Assembly: GCA_964425605.1 (NCBI GenBank)
Contig: CAYRNR010000033.1
Coordinates: 31 to 64,030 of the forward strand
Direction: 5' to 3'
Length of the DNA stretch: 64,000 bases
Source of the DNA: an uncultured Rickettsiales bacterium
GTDB lineage: Bacteria; Myxococcota_A; UBA796; UBA9615; CAYRNR01
Shown: positions 16,885-26,021 of the stretch, in pieces
How the letters are laid out: each line of letters begins with the position of its first letter
How positions within the stretch are numbered: the first letter of the stretch is position 1
The notes under the pieces: generated by a model
Databases searched by the model: none
What the model saw: the letters and a program-made list of their open reading frames with translations, nothing else
Told to the model about the DNA's origin: nothing
Made by a program: the position numbers and the translations under genes

Positions 16885-17240
16885 GGCCCCACCTCCCTGA
16901 AGACCCGGAACACAGCCGTCTCGCTGGGTCCGGTGATCGTGATGTTGAGGACAATGCCGTCGGACTGTGCCTCGGCTTTCGTGACGACCCCGGTGATGGA
17001 GCCGTCGTCGAACAGCGGCTGTAGAGCCTCCCTGACCATCGCTGGCGCACGTGCGGCCGAGCGGATGGGGTCCTTGCGTAGCGTGTGGAGCAGCGACCCG
17101 AAGTTCGCATCGCCGATACGCGTTCCTCGCCGGGTCTCCAGGCACAGGAACACCGGCGTGCTCAGGTCCTCGTCGACCTCGAAGCGGCCGGCCGTGAGCA
17201 CGTAGTCGCGTGTCTCGGGATCGAGGCGGAGGTTCCTCAT
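16881..17240 (-). CDS. Mu gp46-like baseplate protein
   Basis: 119 aa. DPETRDYVLTAGRFEVDEDLSTPV is typical of the GP46 family. Synteny supports the call. Confidence 0.65.
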   Translation of the reverse strand: MRNLRLDPETRDYVLTAGRFEVDEDLSTPVFLCLETRRGTRIGDANFGSLLHTLRKDPIRSAARAPAMVREALQPLFDDGSITGVVTKAEAQSDGIVLNITITGPSETAVFRVFREVGP

Positions 17241-17788
17241 ACCTTCACCGTCCGGGACGTCTCACCGATGGTGACGGTGATAGAGCCAGTGACGGTGCCA
17301 CCGCCGTTGGGTGCCGTGAGGCTGTGCTCGACGTCGCAGCTGTCGCCGGTCCCGGCCACCGAAACGGTGCCGTCATTGAGCACGATGTCGTTGTTGGCCT
17401 TGACGTGAATCTTGCCGTCGCTCTTCAGGTGGACGTATTGGCCGAGGTGGTCGTAGAGCGCGACCTCGCCCTCGCTGAGCACCAGGCGGTATTCGGCATG
17501 CTCGGTGGCGATGATGATCCCCTGGGCGCCGCTCGAACCCACGGGGATCACCACGGCCTCGGCGTCCACGAGGGGGTACGAGCCGAAGCCGTAGTGCTGC
17601 ATCACCCGCGCCGGCCGAGACTGTTCGACGTCGTCGCCGGCACTGAACACGGTCAGCGCTGCCTTGAGACGCGTGCCGTCCAGGAAGGTCTCCACCAGCG
17701 AGATGCGCCCGCGCCGCGACCCCAGGTGCAGGCGGCTCAGCGTGCGTGCGATGCGCTGTTCGATGATGCGGATGGCCTCCCTATCCAT
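17237..17788 (-). CDS. baseplate assembly protein V / spike (Mu gp45)
   Basis: GpV-like OB-fold N-terminus plus a C-terminal beta-helix-like tip. Synteny supports the call. Confidence 0.65.
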   Translation of the reverse strand: MDREAIRIIEQRIARTLSRLHLGSRRGRISLVETFLDGTRLKAALTVFSAGDDVEQSRPARVMQHYGFGSYPLVDAEAVVIPVGSSGAQGIIIATEHAEYRLVLSEGEVALYDHLGQYVHLKSDGKIHVKANNDIVLNDGTVSVAGTGDSCDVEHSLTAPNGGGTVTGSITVTIGETSRTVKV

Positions 17789-18791
17789 CGAAGTACTCCC
17801 CTCGTTGGAGCTTCAGGGAGGTGTAGGTGCCGTCTTTGCGACTCTTCACGAACCGCCGGCCCGTGATGAACATCGTCTCGTTGAGGCCGTTGCACTCGTC
17901 CACGACGTCGATGAGCTGGTTGGGGTTGATCGCGCTGCCGTTGGCGTCGCTGTGGGTGGCGACCCGGTAGCGCGCGATGAGCGCGCGGGCCTTGCGGCGG
18001 GTCATCTCCTCAGTCGCCCGCTTGGTCGCCTCATCCACGCTCTCGACGTCGGAGTCGATCACGATGATCTCGCGCGTGTACGGATAGTTGTCGTCGCTGT
18101 GGGAGCCGGACACCGAGTAGGCGTCGCGATCGTCGTCCCACGACCCCACCACGGTGATTTTCGAGGCGCCTTCCTTGATCGACCGTGTCACCGAGCCGCT
18201 GAGGATGTTGTTGGTGTCCGCAGCGGGCTTGGTGAGCTTGCGCTGCAGCTGTCCAATGGATGTGCCGGTGGTCGAGTACTGGCCGGCGTTGAGCGTGCCA
18301 TCGGGATCGAGCCAGAGCCGCAGGCCGCGTCGCCTCGCTATCCGTTCGATGAACTCCCAACAGCTCTCACCGGGCTCCGCCTTCGCCGAAATGTTGCCCG
18401 TGTCGGTGGTCGTGGGCGGCTTGGTCATCCCCACGTGCTGGGCCACCGTGGTCAGCAGCGCCTGCAGAGTGATCTCGGTGAACGTCCAACCCAGGGGGGC
18501 CGATTCACCAAGTAGCAGGGCCGTTTGGTCACGGCCGCGGAGCGTCAGCAGGCTCTGGGTGCGCGTGTGGTTGGTGATGACGTCGTCGACGTGGCCCGAG
18601 AAGATGGACTCACTACCGAGGAACCCCTCAACCCAGGCCCCCTCGGACACCGTCGCGAGCAGGCCGGCGTCGGCCATGCGGACGGTCACCACCCAGGCTG
18701 CCGCCGGCACGCCGAGTTCGGCGTCGGCCTCGTAGCTCAACCAGTTGGTGAACCGCTGTCCATCTACCACGAGGGCGAGCTCGGTCGTCAT
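17781..18791 (-). CDS. Mu gp44 (P) / late-control-D-like baseplate hub protein
   Basis: 336 aa. Synteny between the DNA-circulation protein and gp45. Confidence 0.65.
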   Translation of the reverse strand: MTTELALVVDGQRFTNWLSYEADAELGVPAAAWVVTVRMADAGLLATVSEGAWVEGFLGSESIFSGHVDDVITNHTRTQSLLTLRGRDQTALLLGESAPLGWTFTEITLQALLTTVAQHVGMTKPPTTTDTGNISAKAEPGESCWEFIERIARRRGLRLWLDPDGTLNAGQYSTTGTSIGQLQRKLTKPAADTNNILSGSVTRSIKEGASKITVVGSWDDDRDAYSVSGSHSDDNYPYTREIIVIDSDVESVDEATKRATEEMTRRKARALIARYRVATHSDANGSAINPNQLIDVVDECNGLNETMFITGRRFVKSRKDGTYTSLKLQRGEYFDG

Positions 18792-19210
18792 CGGTTGTAG
18801 ACCTGCAGCTCGGTCCCCTGTGGGATCGCGTTGGGGTTGGAGATCTCCTCGGGATTGAGGCGCACGATTTCGAGGCCACGGGTGATGTCCTGGTACAGCT
18901 CGAAGGCGATGAGGCCTGCGCTGGTCTCGAAGTCCGGTTGGTAGGTGATGATCTGGCGCAGGTTGGCGGCGACCTTCTCGGCCAGGGACTGCAGCCTGTC
19001 CCCGGCGTAGACCAGGTCGGTGACGGCTGTTGCAGCGTCCACGCCGTACTCGTCGCGCAGCGCGTTGATGGCGTCGTCGAGGTCGCCACGAATGTCAGCC
19101 ACTTCTCGCTCGACATCGTTGAACAGCAGGTCTGCATCCGGGTCCTTGAGGATCTGGATGTAGGCCAGCGTGGACGCGTTGGCGGCCTGGGCGTCGGTCT
19201 TGGCGGTCAT
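18788..19210 (-). CDS. tail protein, C-terminal-half equivalent of Mu gp43 (DNA circulation protein)
   Basis: The ATG at 19210 overlaps the upstream stop (ATGA). Synteny supports the call. Confidence 0.5.
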   Translation of the reverse strand: MTAKTDAQAANASTLAYIQILKDPDADLLFNDVEREVADIRGDLDDAINALRDEYGVDAATAVTDLVYAGDRLQSLAEKVAANLRQIITYQPDFETSAGLIAFELYQDITRGLEIVRLNPEEISNPNAIPQGTELQVYNR

Positions 19211-19656
19211 GGCAGCGCACCAACCGACGACGACGCCGTCGAACACGCGGCCTCAGCCTCGGCGGCGGCGCCGGCCACGCCGGCATCGGTGACGACCAGG
19301 CCGGAGACCTTGAGGTTGTCCTCGACCAGAGTGACCGTGGCCACTGCGCCGTTGAGGATGTTGGTGGAGTGCGAAGGCCGCCACTGCCGGATCCAGACTC
19401 GGTACACCTCGGAAGTCACCGGGTGCGTGAAGGAGACTGCCTCGCCCTTCGCGAACAGCGCATGGAGGGCGTCGTAGGCGGTCCTCCAGAAATCCCCGAC
19501 GAATCCAACCTGGAGGGTGCCACGATAGGGAGCACGACCCGTCGGTTCCTGCTCCGCACCATCGACGCCGTAGAACCGCTTCTCGACGAGATCCCACTCG
19601 TGGCTGTCGCTGATGTCGCTGACCGAGACGTAGAGGTCGTCGAAGAGCGCTTGCAC
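19207..19656 (-). CDS. DNA circulation protein N-terminal domain (Mu gp43-like)
   Basis: FYGVDGAEQEPTGRAPYRGTLQVGFVGDFW..., positioned directly after the tape measure gene. Confidence 0.6.
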   Translation of the reverse strand: MQALFDDLYVSVSDISDSHEWDLVEKRFYGVDGAEQEPTGRAPYRGTLQVGFVGDFWRTAYDALHALFAKGEAVSFTHPVTSEVYRVWIRQWRPSHSTNILNGAVATVTLVEDNLKVSGLVVTDAGVAGAAAEAEAACSTASSSVGALP

Positions 19657-21536
19657 TACGACCTCGAATGCTGGACGGCGAGGTCGTCGAGACTGGCGCC
19701 GTCCACGCCATCGACCTCAACGTCGAGGCGGTCGTCGCGCACGACCATGCTCAAGGACATGTTGATGCGGGCTGCGTTGAGCGCTCCCTTGGAATCCTCG
19801 ATCTCCTCTTGTGAGATGCCTCCGAGCTTCTTGGGCGCCAGCAGATCGGGTACGAGCGTGAGTTGGTTCCACGCGGTACTGCCGGCCCGCTTCGCCCAGC
19901 CCTTCAACCCGCTCTCTCCATCGAATCCAGCAACACGGGAGTGGCCGCTATCGGCGCCGGTGAACAGCGACATCCACCGAGCCATCTGTTTCTGGATGAC
20001 AGCGCCGCCGCCGGTGGGCGCCAGCACGTTGTTGAGAAGCGCGTCTCCAGCTCCCGTGCCAACCTCCCAGCCCGCGTAGCCGGCCATCAGGCTCGTCTGC
20101 AGGCCGGCCTGTCGGAGCCCGGGGCGTGCCGGACGGCCACGGCCGCCGCCACCGACACCCGGCGCCCCGGCCGCGCCTGGTACGGCCCCACCACCCAGCG
20201 CGCCGGGCCAGTTGGTCACGTACACAGGATCGCCCTTGGCCCCACCAACACCACCGAGACCACCAACGCCACCCTTGCCGCCGGCCCCGGCCGCCGTCCC
20301 GCGCATCGCTCTGAACAGCTCGGTACCGAACGTGATCGCCTTGCGGCTCGCGGTCACACCAGCCAGGGCGGTCATCGAGGCCACGATGGCGCGGATGGCC
20401 GCAGGATGCTCGTTGAGGACGCGCAGCAGCTTGGTGAAGCCCTTGAGCTGGCCGCCGGTCCCCATCAAGAGGAACTTCTCGAGCTCGGCACGGGTCGCTC
20501 GTAGCTGCTGGCGGGGCCCGTCCATGTTCCGCTCGAAGTTGTCGCTGAGCAGGGTGCCGGCCTCGGCCCCCTTCTCCAGGTAGCCGTTGAACTGGTCCAG
20601 GTCGCCGCTGACCATCTGGATCCAGTCCCGGGCTTCCTTCTCGTTGAACACGGGCTGGAGCTTGGTGACGTCGCCGCCGGAGGCAGTGGAGATGTCGCGT
20701 ACGATGTCGGCGAAGTCGCGGAACTTCTTCACGCCGGCCTCGTCCACGCCGTCGAAGATGTCCACGCCCAGCTTCTTCTTGAGCTTGTCCGCGTTTTGCA
20801 CCAGCGAGGACATGAACGCGATGGTCGAGGTCGCACCCTTGGCGGCGCCACCACGAGCTTGGTACCCCATCTGAAGGGCGGCGGCGGCCTGGATGGCGGC
20901 CTGGTCGCCCTCCATGCCCAGCGCCTTCATCCCGGCGACGGCCTCCGGGAGGTACTCGCCCATCATCTTCAGCGAGAAGGACCCCGCGTTGGCGATCATG
21001 GCCACGCCGCTGATGGTCTTCTCCATGTCCTCGGGGAGTACACCGGCCGTGGTGTTGAAGAAGTACGCCGTGCGGGCCAGGTCGTTGAGATCTGAGTCGG
21101 TCGCTGTGGCCGTCTGGCCGAGCATCTCCAGCATGCTCATGATGGTGGGGAGGTCCATCCCGGCTTCGACCAGCTCCGAGACGCCACCGAGCAGCTCACC
21201 GCCGAGCTGGCCCGTATCGAGCCCCGAAATCGCCAGAATCTGCCCCTTGAGAGCCTCCATCTCCCCGTCGGTGATCTGCGCGGTGTTGGCGATGGTGCGC
21301 AGCCGGCTGTCGAAGTCCAACATACTGCGGCCGACTGCGCCGCCGCCGATGAGGCCGGCGATGGTGCCCAGTCCGTTGATGCGTTCGGAGAGGAAGGTCA
21401 CCCCACGGCCCGCGCCGCGCATCGAGGCGTTGACGTGGTTGGCGAAGCCGGAGACGGTGCGGCGAGTGCGCTTCAGGCCGGGGCTGAACCGGTCCTTGAA
21501 CCCCAGGAGTATCTCGACTCGGCTTCTCTCCGCCAC
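19656..21536 (-). CDS. tail tape measure protein
   Basis: 626 aa, with a Gly/Ala-rich helical core (QITDGEMEALKGQILAISG...MLGQTATATDSDLNDLA). Synteny supports the call. Confidence 0.8.
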   Translation of the reverse strand: MAERSRVEILLGFKDRFSPGLKRTRRTVSGFANHVNASMRGAGRGVTFLSERINGLGTIAGLIGGGAVGRSMLDFDSRLRTIANTAQITDGEMEALKGQILAISGLDTGQLGGELLGGVSELVEAGMDLPTIMSMLEMLGQTATATDSDLNDLARTAYFFNTTAGVLPEDMEKTISGVAMIANAGSFSLKMMGEYLPEAVAGMKALGMEGDQAAIQAAAALQMGYQARGGAAKGATSTIAFMSSLVQNADKLKKKLGVDIFDGVDEAGVKKFRDFADIVRDISTASGGDVTKLQPVFNEKEARDWIQMVSGDLDQFNGYLEKGAEAGTLLSDNFERNMDGPRQQLRATRAELEKFLLMGTGGQLKGFTKLLRVLNEHPAAIRAIVASMTALAGVTASRKAITFGTELFRAMRGTAAGAGGKGGVGGLGGVGGAKGDPVYVTNWPGALGGGAVPGAAGAPGVGGGGRGRPARPGLRQAGLQTSLMAGYAGWEVGTGAGDALLNNVLAPTGGGAVIQKQMARWMSLFTGADSGHSRVAGFDGESGLKGWAKRAGSTAWNQLTLVPDLLAPKKLGGISQEEIEDSKGALNAARINMSLSMVVRDDRLDVEVDGVDGASLDDLAVQHSRS

Positions 21537-21762
21537 GTGCTACGATCTCTCCATGAGGTTGCTGAACGTCCTGAACGCTGTTTTCTGGGGAGTACTGGCC
21601 GTGGCGTTGCTTCGGGCCTGGCTCCCAGGTTGGGCGTTCGGGCTGTCCCTTCTGTTCCTCGCCGGGGTCCTGTGGCACTCGGTCACGGACTCCCCGGCTT
21701 CTTCTTCTCCGACCTCATCACCTCCCGTCCGATAGCCAGCCAGGCGGCAATCTGCCCCTCCG

Positions 21763-22242
21763 TCAGCTCATTCGCTGGAACGCCGAAGAAGGCTTGGAGC
21801 CCGTCGGCGTATCGCCACGCGAGGAGCTGTCGGAGGGTGGTACTTCCCCCAGCTCGTCGATCTCTTCCTTGGACAGTGAGCCGAGGGGGGGATTGGCCTG
21901 CGCCTGTGAGGCCGCGAACTGGTCCGCCAGCCAGTCAGCCTCCCATGGATTCAGGAACTGCCGGGCTTCCTTGACGTTCGCGCACAGCAGCTCTGAAGGG
22001 TTTTCCGGGTCCACCAGGAAGCGGCAGATCATCTGGTAGGAAAGCTCGGTCTGGTAGATGCCAGCGCCCACTTGCGTGGTCACGTCCACCTTGCGCTTTC
22101 GGCACACCTCGAGGGCGGCCTCCTGGGAGTCCAGCAGCCCGTCACCCATCACCGGAATGATGCCGACATCCATGTCGGCCCGTTTCAGGTGAACGGTGTG
22201 AACGCCCCCCTTGCCCGCAAGCATCTCAGCGAGTCGGCCCAT
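21763..22242 (-). CDS. tail assembly chaperone (frame-0 product); candidate -1 frameshift extension runs to 21683
   Basis: Located between tube and TMP. The -1 frame is open from about 21936 to the stop at 21683-21685 and reads protein-like text. A C7 run (G7 on the plus strand, 21885-21891) lies in the overlap. Confidence 0.6.
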   Translation of the reverse strand: MGRLAEMLAGKGGVHTVHLKRADMDVGIIPVMGDGLLDSQEAALEVCRKRKVDVTTQVGAGIYQTELSYQMICRFLVDPENPSELLCANVKEARQFLNPWEADWLADQFAASQAQANPPLGSLSKEEIDELGEVPPSDSSSRGDTPTGSKPSSAFQRMS

Positions 22243-22254
22243 CTACTTGTCTCC

Positions 22255-22638
22255 TCAGCCGACTCGGCCGCCGCGGAGCATCGTCCAGCTGATGCGCCGG
22301 ACGGTCTCGCCGCTCTCGTTGTTGACGGTGATGTCGTCGCTGTTCACGCCGCAGTTCTGGAACGCGTACTTGGGGCACCCGAGGCGGCGAGGCAGCAGCG
22401 TGACCACGAGGGTCTCAGGCGGAATATCTCCCCAGTCCGGGTACTCCGGCGAGTTGGGGATCTCCACCTCGAGGTCCTGGGCCTTGACCCCCCGGAACAA
22501 GCCCGAGGAGTTGTTGTCGAGACCCACGAACGGCGCGGCCTTGAGGTTGTACTTCCGCGACAACGAGATCCGCGACGTGTCCACGGGCTGCCCGTTGACC
22601 TGGAAAAAGCACTGATCGGTCAGATCGGTGACGGCCAT
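22255..22638 (-). CDS. tail tube protein
   Basis: 127 aa, immediately downstream of the sheath gene. Confidence 0.65.
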   Translation of the reverse strand: MAVTDLTDQCFFQVNGQPVDTSRISLSRKYNLKAAPFVGLDNNSSGLFRGVKAQDLEVEIPNSPEYPDWGDIPPETLVVTLLPRRLGCPKYAFQNCGVNSDDITVNNESGETVRRISWTMLRGGRVG

Positions 22639-22679
22639 GTGTATCCTCCTGGCCGGTCGTCGCCGGCCTCAGCTTCCGG

Positions 22680-24125
22680 CTACGCGGCGTTCGGCTGAGA
22701 CTTCAGCCGGTCCACCCTCGAGTACATCTTGTGCAGACCGGGTACCACCGGCGCCGGGACGCGGGTGTCCATCTGCGTCTCGTCGAACTCGTTGCGCTCG
22801 ACCACCACGCCGCCGACGTTTTCCTCGACCTGGTGGAGGTACTCGATGGTGGCGGCGCCACGCAGTAGCGCGACGAGCTCAAGCTGAGCCACCTCGAGCT
22901 TCTCGTCCGTGAACTTCGCCCGGGGGAACTTGGCCGCGAACATGGCGTCGATCTGCTTGCGCAGCCACTCCAGGACGCGCAGCGTCTGGATGTCGAGCAC
23001 GTCGTCCACAGGGGCGCCGGCATCGTTTTCGGTCTGCGTGCTGATCGTGCGGGTGATCCGCATGCGGTTGCCCGCGCCCAGCTGGATCGGGCCGACGCCG
23101 TTCCACAGCATCGATTCGACCTCGAGCTTGGTGTAGCGGTCGGCGGCCTCGGGGATGTCCAGCCCCTTCAGCTCGGTGTTGTTCAGGGGCATCGCCAGGT
23201 CGGTCTCGGCGGCGAGGGCTCCGGCGTACAAGCCAGCGAGCTCCCACGGCTCGGTCTTGAGCCCCCGGCACACGGTCGGGGCGAAGCGGAAGCTGGTGGA
23301 GAGGTTGTCCGCGAGCGTCGTCGCCGCCGCGATGGTGCCGGTGGTGGCGTAGACCGCAAATCCACCACGCATCTCCAGCGGGCCACCCAGCGTATCCAGA
23401 TGCGTGCTGAGCTTGGCCAGCTCGGTGGCATCCTCGAACCCACCGACAACGATGATGTCGTAGTGCTGCGGCTCGACGACCGCCAGGGCGGTGTCCAGAT
23501 CGGGGTGGGTGAGGCCGCTCGCCATATCGACCACCACCACAGTGATGCCCGTGACGTTGAACAGCTCGTAGCCCAGGTAGATGTCGTTGCCGCAAGGGCC
23601 CTTGTTTTTGGCGGTGACGGTGAGGTCGTCGAGGTTGTCCGCCCAGGTGACGGGCATGTCCCCGTAGGCGGCGGCGCCGGTGGCGACGAGGGCGTCCACG
23701 ATGTCCGCGGCGGTGTCGTCGACCTCGACCACGACGTCGACGTAGCGATTGCCCACCCAGACGCGACACACACCGGCCTTGGTGGCCGTACCGGTGAACT
23801 GGATCTCGCCCGTCGCTGCGACACCCGCGTCAGCGTCATCGAGCGCGATCGCGTCGAGGGTGATGCCCGGGTGCTGGCGGAACTGGGCCTTGATCAGGTT
23901 GGCCAGGACCGAGCCCTGCCCGAAGTAGGTCACGCCCTCGACATCCGACCAGATGTCCTTGAGCGCGGCCTCAGCGATGGTTCCCGACGACGTGCGCTGA
24001 CCGATCGCCAATACCGAAGGGGCGCCCACCTGGATGAGGCCAGCCGCCGAGGCGGCGGTGTTGAGTTCGACGCCACGTTCCGGAGTGCGTCGACCCGAGG
24101 GGATACCGCTGTAGATGACCGTCAT
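22680..24125 (-). CDS. contractile tail sheath protein (Mu gpL-like)
   Basis: 481 aa. Sheath-like C-terminal region (LEWLRKQIDAMFAAKFPRAKF...). Synteny supports the call. Confidence 0.8.
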   Translation of the reverse strand: MTVIYSGIPSGRRTPERGVELNTAASAAGLIQVGAPSVLAIGQRTSSGTIAEAALKDIWSDVEGVTYFGQGSVLANLIKAQFRQHPGITLDAIALDDADAGVAATGEIQFTGTATKAGVCRVWVGNRYVDVVVEVDDTAADIVDALVATGAAAYGDMPVTWADNLDDLTVTAKNKGPCGNDIYLGYELFNVTGITVVVVDMASGLTHPDLDTALAVVEPQHYDIIVVGGFEDATELAKLSTHLDTLGGPLEMRGGFAVYATTGTIAAATTLADNLSTSFRFAPTVCRGLKTEPWELAGLYAGALAAETDLAMPLNNTELKGLDIPEAADRYTKLEVESMLWNGVGPIQLGAGNRMRITRTISTQTENDAGAPVDDVLDIQTLRVLEWLRKQIDAMFAAKFPRAKFTDEKLEVAQLELVALLRGAATIEYLHQVEENVGGVVVERNEFDETQMDTRVPAPVVPGLHKMYSRVDRLKSQPNAA

Positions 24126-24388
24126 GCTTCACCTCCGGCCTTGCGGGCCTCGACGCGCTTCTTGCGGGCGGCTGCCTTGGCCTTGAGGACCTTGGCGGTG
24201 GGGATCTCCGCGAGCTCGCCGTCGCTGATCATGCGGCGGTAGGTTCGGTTGGGCTCGACGCGGCAGGCCTTGTGGGCGTCCTTTGCGGGGTCGCCACAGG
24301 GGATGCGTTCCCGCTTGCGGCCGAGCCGGGGCACCACCAGGCCCGGCTTGGCCAGGACGAAGATGGAGTTGGTCTTGGGGTTCGGCAT
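24122..24388 (-). CDS. Mu gp38-like protein (DUF2635)
   Basis: 88-aa basic protein upstream of the sheath gene. Pattern PGLVVPRLGRKRERIP...EPNRTYRRMISDGEL. Confidence 0.6.
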   Translation of the reverse strand: MPNPKTNSIFVLAKPGLVVPRLGRKRERIPCGDPAKDAHKACRVEPNRTYRRMISDGELAEIPTAKVLKAKAAARKKRVEARKAGGEA

Positions 24389-24984
24389 CAGGTGTCTTCC
24401 TCCAGCTCGGTCACGCCCTCGAGGATGGGCTCCTCTTCGTCGGGCAAGTAGATTCCGTAGTTGACGTCCTCGATCTCGGACAGGCCTGTCTCGTCCAGGA
24501 CGGACCGGGTCTCGAACGCAGTGCGCCAGCGGTACTCGTACACGCTGACGGGGATCTCCTCGGTCAGGGCTTCGAGCACCAGGTCGAAGCCGTTGGGCTT
24601 CAGGTTCCGGCCGCCGGTTGGCGCCCAGCCCAGCAGCCGCGTCCGCACGCGGTCGACGAGCTCGGCCGCGCCGATGTCGTTGCCCTTGCCCACCAGGCGT
24701 GCTTCCTCGCCGTACAGCGAGGACACCGCCACATAGATGGAAAAGCCCAGGTCCACCTTGAGGAGGGTTCCTTCGACGCTGACGCCGATGACCTCTTCGT
24801 TGCTGCTACGAGGGAATAGCCACAGCGCCGGGAAACCCGGCACGACCTCCCCCTCGACCAACTTGGCGAGCTCGCCTCCGAGGACCTTCACTGCCACGCA
24901 TGGGCCCGAGTTGGTCCGGTGGAGCGTGGCGTACAGGCGATCGACCACATCGTCGAGCACGCTCAAGATGGTGGCGTCGCTCAT
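24388..24984 (-). CDS. Mu gp37-like tail completion protein
   Basis: Synteny and size (198 aa). Confidence 0.55.
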   Translation of the reverse strand: MSDATILSVLDDVVDRLYATLHRTNSGPCVAVKVLGGELAKLVEGEVVPGFPALWLFPRSSNEEVIGVSVEGTLLKVDLGFSIYVAVSSLYGEEARLVGKGNDIGAAELVDRVRTRLLGWAPTGGRNLKPNGFDLVLEALTEEIPVSVYEYRWRTAFETRSVLDETGLSEIEDVNYGIYLPDEEEPILEGVTELEEDT

Positions 24985-25559
24985 GACGACTCCCCCAGAT
25001 GCTCGACGGCCTTGCGCTCGGCGAAGGTGACGTCATCGGGTTGGAACAGCAGGTACCGACGGGCGGGGATGTCCACGCTCTTGTACAGCGCGAACAGCGG
25101 CTTGATGTCCTTTTTGCCCACCCGCTTGGCGATGACGCCTGCGTAGTCACCGGATGCATTCTTGGTGATCAAGAAGGTGTTCTTGTAGCGCCTGGCGGAG
25201 GCCCTCACACCAGGCAGGGGGACGGTCAGGTACTTCGCCTTGACGGGCTTGACCGTGCCGCCCAGCTGGTGCAGCCGAGCTCCGCGGTGCGACGTGCCGA
25301 TCTTGAGCAGTCGCCCGCCGCGCACGGCGAAGGTGATGCTACCGGCGAGGCGACCTCGCTGGTACAGCACTCGGCCGCCCCGGTTGGTCTTCTCCCACTT
25401 CTCCGGCCGGCCTCCCTCACGGAAGTTCAGCGGAATCGAGGTCCTGACCATGTGGTGGCCCACGGCCTGGAGCACGGGGTCGAGGTTGCGACCCCGCTTC
25501 TCCAGGTCGGCCAGCCGCTCCTGGAGCTGCCGGTCATCCACGTGGGCGATGACGGTCAT
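24981..25559 (-). CDS. virion morphogenesis protein (Mu gpG family)
   Basis: LDPVLQAVGHHMVRTSIPLNFREGGRPEKWEKT... is typical of the gpG / Phage_tail_S family. Confidence 0.7.
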   Translation of the reverse strand: MTVIAHVDDRQLQERLADLEKRGRNLDPVLQAVGHHMVRTSIPLNFREGGRPEKWEKTNRGGRVLYQRGRLAGSITFAVRGGRLLKIGTSHRGARLHQLGGTVKPVKAKYLTVPLPGVRASARRYKNTFLITKNASGDYAGVIAKRVGKKDIKPLFALYKSVDIPARRYLLFQPDDVTFAERKAVEHLGESS

Positions 25560-25562
25560 CGG

Positions 25563-26000
25563 CTAGAACCCGTCCATCGTGTCGTCGGTGAACCTGCGCT
25601 CCGGAGCGTCCCGGCGAGGCAGGCGGCCAGCGACCATGGACGGGTCGTCCCCGTCGCTGCCCACGGCGCCGGTCTTGGCGATCTCCTTGAGATCCTCCAG
25701 AGCCTTCTCGTAGCCCTCCTGGACTCGCTTCGGGATCACGCTTCGACGCCGACACAGGTAGTGCCAGGCGACGACCACGGTGAGGGTCATCACCCGGGCG
25801 GGAACCGAGGAGAGGGGCACGGAGAGGCCGCCGTGCGATAGCACGGTGTTGACCTCTCCCTCCGCGTCCGAGATCGCGGCGGCGATACGAGTGATGCCGG
25901 CTGCCGTGATGGAGCCGTCGCCCTCGTCGTCGACCAACGCGATGACGTCGGACGCGGTGTGCCGCGCCTCGATGTCCGCCTGGGTGATGTAGTCCCCCAT
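25563..26000 (-). CDS. Mu gp36-like head-tail connector protein (DUF1320)
   Basis: MGDYITQADIEARHT... is a DUF1320-like N-terminus. Synteny supports the call. Confidence 0.65.
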   Translation of the reverse strand: MGDYITQADIEARHTASDVIALVDDEGDGSITAAGITRIAAAISDAEGEVNTVLSHGGLSVPLSSVPARVMTLTVVVAWHYLCRRRSVIPKRVQEGYEKALEDLKEIAKTGAVGSDGDDPSMVAGRLPRRDAPERRFTDDTMDGF

Positions 26001-26021
26001 CGGGTGTCACCTCAGTCCGCG

